From contig OX597841.1 in NCBI GenBank assembly GCA_951406725.2, positions 14,012,001-14,076,000 of the forward strand: a DNA stretch of 64,000 nucleotides. The letters run 5' to 3'. Positions 57,405 to 64,000 of this stretch are shown here, one piece after another. Position numbers and translations under genes: made by a program. Under the pieces are notes generated by a model, which made no database searches, was not told the origin of the DNA, and worked only from the letters and a program-made list of their open reading frames with translations. Source of the stretch: Octopus vulgaris. Taxonomy: Eukaryota. Every line of letters begins with the position of its first letter. Position 1 is the first letter of the stretch.

Positions 57405-57442
57405 TCTTTTACGTTTCGAGCCTACGCTCTTCGTCAGAAAGA
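57405..57442 (-). ncRNA. Minimal hammerhead motif
   Basis: UCUUU-CUGACGA-a-GAGC[guag]GCUC-GAAAC-GUA|AAAGA; palindromic ACGU stem III; mutated relatives at 40946-40981(+), 36581-36615(-), ~36811-36847(-). Confidence 0.82.
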
Positions 57443-57577
57443 TACACAGAAAAGAAACAAGGAGAGAAAAAATTGCGTGTAGGGGCTAACGATCCAATAC
57501 ATATATTATAATAAGATGAGAAAATAGAGAGGTAATTAATAAATTATTATTTATTAATTCAAAAACTGACAAACATC

Positions 57578-57660
57578 CCTTACAGCTGTTTCAATTCTAG
57601 ACCTTCAGAAGATTAATTAAATAAATAAAAAATTACTTGAAAGTCGAATCTCTTCAGAGG
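57578..57660 (-). ncRNA. Hammerhead motif with long stem II
   Basis: CCU-CUGAAGA-GAUUC GACUUUCA...UGAAGGUC ua GAAUU-GAAAC-agcu-GUA|AGG. Confidence 0.75.
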
Positions 57661-57841
57661 TAGTGGGCAATTTATATGTCTTGGAAACCGGCCCTTACGA
57701 GCCAGAATGACCCAAGAAAATAATGTTACCTTTACTTTTTTTCATAGTTAGGTTGGTCACTGACTAGGGTGGGGTTTTGAGGAATGGAAAGCAAAAGCTC
57801 ATCAAAGTGTGGACAAACTCAGAACATCAATGCCCATATAT

Positions 57842-57894
<53 letters not shown>

Positions 57895-57934
57895 TAATAT
57901 CAGGGTCGCCTAGTGTATAGAAAAATTAGTCAAT

Positions 57935-57990
<56 letters not shown>

Positions 57991-57993
<3 letters not shown>

Positions 57994-58398
57994 CAGTGTA
58001 TATTTAAACAGATTAAGAGGTATCCATCATAGGACTCCATTATGCTAGAAGGAACAGCTAAAGTCCAAACCACTAATTAGGGATAAAATCTCGAAGGGAA
58101 CTTTAGCTGTTCCTTCTAGTGTAGGGAGTCTTATGATGGATACCTCTTATTGTGTTTAAATGTACACTGTATTTTACATATATATATATATAATTATAAT
58201 TAAGGGTTAATTGCAACAAGTTGCTCAAAACCACATACCGAAAATATTAGAAATAGCAGCCAAATTGATCACTATTTCTCCTACTAATAAAAAGTCTCCA
58301 CAAACAGTAGGAGAAATAGTGATCAATTTGGCTGCTATTTCTAATATTTTCGGTGTGTGGTTTTGAGCAACTTGTAATTAACCCTTAATTATAATTAT
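57991..58398. repeat. Two adjacent fold-back repeats (57991-58173, 58191-58398)
   Basis: Each has ~75-95-bp inverted arms; first family also occurs at ~17690-17790. Confidence 0.75.
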
Positions 58399-58831
58399 TA
58401 TAAACCTTACCAAATATGGTCTTTTCCATACCGATAAATTTACTAGGTGAAATTTATTAATTTTATTAAATTAATTATATTCCACCCTTTTTTGCATATA
58501 TATATATATATATATATACACACATGCATACACACAACACACACACAAACCCGCTCACACACATGAATATGAGTTATTTTAAGCAATTTTCGGTCTTTAA
58601 AAAGTGAAACCTAATTTATGTAAATTTATGTAAAATTAGGTAACGTGAAAAGTTAAGGCTTGATGCTGGAAATAAAAGGGCCAGATACTTAATTCCTCCA
58701 ATATACATTTCAGGGATGAGAAAATGATGATGGTTGCAACAATAACAATAATAATAACAACAACAACAATGATAATAATGATGATAATAATAATAATAAT
58801 GATAATAATAATAATGATATTAATAATAATG

Positions 58832-58865
<34 letters not shown>

Positions 58866-58877
58866 TATTAATAATAA

Positions 58878-59100
58878 AGTGCAAGAATTTTGAATAGGGA
58901 AACAGTAAATGTTTTGTTTGTAATATTTGGTGCTCTGGGAACTGTAAGTGAAGATATAGAGAAATGGTTGAAGAAGTTTGGATAAGAATGTCTTGTAGAG
59001 AGTTTCTACAGAAAGGTTTGTCTCTTAGGAATCTTAAGGATCTTAAGCATTTGAAAGACTATTGAAAGATTGGGGTTACCTGGGGTTACAGGTAGTAACC
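58878..59100 (+). mobile_element. R4/Dong-like 3' ORF remnant next to (TAA)n
   Basis: Degraded VIFGALGTVSEDIEKWLKKFG ... LQKVCLLGILRIL. Confidence 0.65.
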
Positions 59101-59156
59101 CCTGCTACCCACACAAATTTTAGTAGGAACAAGAACGAATCTGGGTTGAATCAACA

Positions 59157-60240
59157 ATGATAATAATTCTTTCTACGATAGGCACAAGGCCTGAAATTTA
59201 TGGGGAGGGGGATAAGCCGGTACTTAATTTATCGACCCCGAAAGGATGAAAGACAAAGTCAACCTCGGCGGGATTTGAACTCAGAACGTCAAGACAGATG
59301 AAATACCACTAAGAATGATAATTCTTTCTACGATAGGCACAAGGCCTGAAATTTATGGGGAGGGGGATAAGCCGGTACTTAATTTATCGACCCCGAAAGG
59401 GTGAAAGACAAAGTCAACCTCGGTGGGATTTGAACTCAGAACGTCAAGACAGATGAAATACCACTAAGAATGATAATTCTTTCTACGATAGGCACAGGGC
59501 CTGAAATTTAGTGTGGGGATTAAGGCTAGCAATTTCGGGGTTGTGGGGTTAAGGTAATTTCATGGACCCCTAGTGTGGAACTGGTGTTTATTTTATTGAC
59601 TGCCGAAAGGATGAAGGGCAAAGTTGACAGGGGCTAATAAAAAGCCTAAAGTATGCAGTGCTCGGATACCCTATAATTTGTTAGAAAAGGGGAAAAAAAG
59701 GGGACAGAAAGCAGACATATAAGTCAAGTAAAAAAAGACAGCAAGGAAAGCTGAAAGTACACGGAGAGTACCAAGAAAAGGGACCAGCAAAAGGAGTCAT
59801 AAAAAGAAAAAGGGTGCACAGATACATTAGGGGTAGTGTTAAGGAATTTAAGGAATCATTGAATTTCTGAAGGATACAGTGTCTAGACAGATAAAAGCCG
59901 ATGTGGGAAGTTTCCTACATGTTTTGGTAATTATGAGAGAAAGAAAAATGTTGCAGTGCTTGGATACCCTACAATTTGTTAGAAAAGGGAAAAAAAAGGG
60001 GACAGAAAGCAGACACATAAGTCAAGTAAAAAAAGACAGCAAGGAAAGCTGAAAGTACATGGAGAGTACGGAGAATACAACACAAAAAGGGAGAAAAAGG
60101 ACCAGCAAAAGGAGTCATAAAAAGAAAAAGGGTGCACAGATAAGGAATTTAAGGAATCGTTGAATTTCTGAAGGATACAGTGTCCAGACAAATAATAGCT
60201 GATGTGGGAAGTTTCCTACATGTTTTGGTAATTCTGAGTG
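59157..60240. repeat. Local tandem duplications (~155-bp x2.3 at 59157-59510; ~298-bp x2 at 59654-60240)
   Basis: Direct near-identical copies visible by eye. Confidence 0.8.
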
Positions 60241-60583
60241 AGGGAAAAATGTTACACGTGAAAAAATATATTGAAATAGGTCGCCCCCGCCCCATAACGA
60301 ATCTGACAGGTACATTATATTATCGACCCCAAAAGGTTGAAGAGCAAAATTGACTTTGGTGGGATTTGAAATATGAATTTTTGGTAAGGTATATTTTTTA
60401 AAATGAGTGGTCCCACCCACCCCCACCCACAACCCTGAACTTTGTTGGGGTTGAATTTCATTAAGCCCCACAAGTTAAAAAAATGGTGTAAAAGACAGTC
60501 ACTTTTAGTATAAGGGGATATATAAAAAAAACGTTATTGATATGTTGATAATGATGATGATGATGATGATAATAATAATGAGG

Positions 60584-60622
<39 letters not shown>

Positions 60623-60690
60623 GTTGACTCTTGAGGTCTCTGGGTGAGACTTGGAGACAACTTGTACAAATACAAAGCAAAAGTCAAACA

Positions 60691-61292
<602 letters not shown>

Positions 61293-62172
61293 TTTCTTTA
61301 TTGCCCACAGGGGGCTAAAAATAGAGGGGACAAACAAGGACAAACAAAGGGGTTAAGTCGATTACATTGACTCCAATATATAACTGGTATTTATTTAATC
61401 GACCCCCAAAAGGATGAAAAGCAAAGTCAACCTTGATGGAAAAATAATAATAATAATATTCTGCTCAATACCACAGATTTGCTTGTCAGTTGTTTGACCT
61501 TAACCAGTTGATTATGTCCCTTGGTGGCTGACGATATGTGCATCTCCGATCACAAGCAGGAGTAGTGGGGGAGCATCATGGCCATGTGTTGAGAGGGATT
61601 CTTTGGGCTTTGAATAATTCACCTCTGGAAACATGGGTGGTTCTTTCAACATCCTTAAACAACCCTTATTCAGGGACCTTTTGAGCGGGATGGGCTACTC
61701 AACCTGAAGAAAATTCTAACAGGGCCCCACCTGCAAGGTCATACGCTGTTTATCTTGATATGAGATCACCATGTCACGCACATATGGTTGTGATGCATGT
61801 GCCTGGTGTACCCTTATCAGACGGGTAGTCATGATGGGTAAACTGGGCTTTGTATATTTTACCCCAGTGTCACTTTGATGGCATGAACTGCTCTCTCACT
61901 CAATAATAATAATAATAATAATAATGATAATGGTAATAATAAGGGTTTCGAGTTTTGGCACAAAGCCAGCAATTTTGGGGGAGGGGGTAAGGTCAATAAC
62001 ATCGACCCCAGTGCTCAACTGGTATTTAATTCATTGACTCCCAAAAAAGATGAAAGGCAAAGTCAACCTCGGTGAAATTTGAATTCTGTACGTAAAGACA
62101 GATGAAATACTGCTAAGCATTTTGGCCAGCATTCTAATGATTCTGTCGGCTCCATGCCTTAATAACAACAAC

Positions 62173-62226
<54 letters not shown>

Positions 62227-62354
62227 CATAATAGTGCAACAAGAATTTTAATGTAATTTTTTATAACGTTTGGTAACTGGATTGGTGGAAAAAAAGGCAA
62301 GAATATATTTTATATACATTTTATGGTAAATCACATTCCCCTAAAAGTAGGGGA

Positions 62355-62405
<51 letters not shown>

Positions 62406-62492
62406 ACATGCGCACATGTATACACAAATATATATATACAGATGTATGTACATGTATATAAGTATACGTGTATATACATACACACACACACA

Positions 62493-62543
<51 letters not shown>

Positions 62544-62562
62544 CGTGTGTGTGTATATATAT

Positions 62563-62627
<65 letters not shown>

Positions 62628-63580
62628 TTAGATATATTATAATATATTTATATATATATACACACGTGTATTTATATATACATACGTATATATATATATG
62701 TGTATATGTATATATATATGTATATATTGTGTATATATTGTGTGTGTGCGTATGTATATACACGTATACTTATATACATGTACATACATCTGTATATATA
62801 TATTTGCGTATACATGTGCGCATGTTGATATATATATATATACATATATATATAAGGATATATATATATTTATATATATATATGTTTATATGTGTTGGTG
62901 TTTGTGTATGTGTGTGTGTACGTATATATATATACATATATGTATGTACTTATATAAACACACACACAAACACATACATCAATGATCTTCCACATATGCC
63001 AACCCCCTTCTATTTTTCACAACTGAAATTTACTATAAATGATAAACCATGCCCATCCCTACCCACCCACCCTCTCCCCATACCACACATCCCCCCCACC
63101 ACCATCACCAACCCATTCATAAAAACACCAAATGTGGTATAGTAAAAAAAACAAAAAAAACAACCACCGTTCTCCTCTTTCTTTCCCCTTCATTTCCAGC
63201 GCTAAAAAAGCATTCCAGATATGGCGAAATGTCAGAGAAACTGGCGGGTTGGGGGTGTGGTGAAATAAGAGTGCAGGAAGGATTGTTGTGTCAGTGGATG
63301 GAATATAAGGGTGTCGGGTATGATGGGCCACAGAGGTAGTGAGAATAATATCAAGTGGTGATGGTGGTGGTGATGGTGGTGATGATGGTGGTGATGGTGG
63401 TGGTGATGATGGTGGTGGTGATGATGGTGGTGGTGGTGGTGGTGATGGTTATGCTAGAATTTCTTTTGGTGGAAAGAACTCCAAAACACATAATCAAGTA
63501 ATTGTTTGTTTTTTTTTTGAATAACCATATTTTAAAAGGTATAAGAAATACATACATACATACATATATACAAATATATT

Positions 63581-63643
<63 letters not shown>

Positions 63644-63697
63644 CGGAGATGTACTTGCATAGCAAGTGATTTGATCTGAGATCGTGTGCTGGAACGA

Positions 63698-63988
63698 AAA
63701 CAATTGCAGCGTGGAAGGTGTTTATAAGCCATTTAAGAAACACACAAAGCCTGTTAGATTCTCTTTAACATTTAAATTTAATTTGCCAAAATATTTTCGT
63801 CCCTTTGAGACCGCGACCTCTTCACTGACAAAAAGTCTGTGCAGCACGGATTTTTGTCAGTGAACAGGTTGCGGTCTCAAAGGGACGAAAATATTTTGAC
63901 AAATTAAATTTAAATGTTGAAGTGAATCTGAACAGGCTTTGTGTGTTTCTTGAATGGCTTATAAACACCTTCCACGCTGCAATTGTTT
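63698..63988. mobile_element. Fold-back Penelope-like remnant
   Basis: ~145-bp inverted arms centred ~63843 between (TA)n tracts; carries hammerhead variant. Confidence 0.6.
63853..63903 (+). ncRNA. Hammerhead motif with G3:C8 compensatory core
   Basis: UUUGUCA-GUGAACA-g-GUUGC...GGGAC-GAAAA-ua-UUU|UGACAAA; 7-bp stem I, palindromic AAUAUU stem III. Confidence 0.6.
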
Positions 63989-64000
63989 ATATATATATAT

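Overview
AT-rich, repeat-dense eukaryotic genomic DNA, most consistent with an octopod cephalopod (Octopus-type SINEs, huge (TA)n/(TAA)n tracts, effector-less TGEKP C2H2 zinc-finger genes); the species is inferred, not verified. Nearly all ORFs in the supplied track are microsatellite or SINE artefacts. Supported genes: a complete 9-coding-exon UDP-glucose 4-epimerase (GALE, minus strand, 44219->32193, 346 aa), a 9-finger C2H2 ZNF ORF (minus, 19487-20260) and a frameshifted ZNF pseudogene (~25034-25349). The rest is SINEs, LINE fragments (CR1-, RTE-, R4/Dong-like), DNA-transposon remnants/MITEs and Helitron-like elements. The most notable signal is a dense set of minimal type I hammerhead ribozyme motifs (about 8 with an intact core plus several variant or decayed copies, from at least 6 sequence families). 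They lie in Penelope-like fold-back remnants, in a ~213-bp tandem array and inside GALE introns, and one has a G3:C8 compensatory core. Also notable: a ~107-bp tandem array with a possible HDV-like fold, a related diverged repeat/spacer array, and a CpG-rich NRF1/ETS/E2F promoter inside a GALE intron. All RNA folds were paired by eye; repeat boundaries are approximate.
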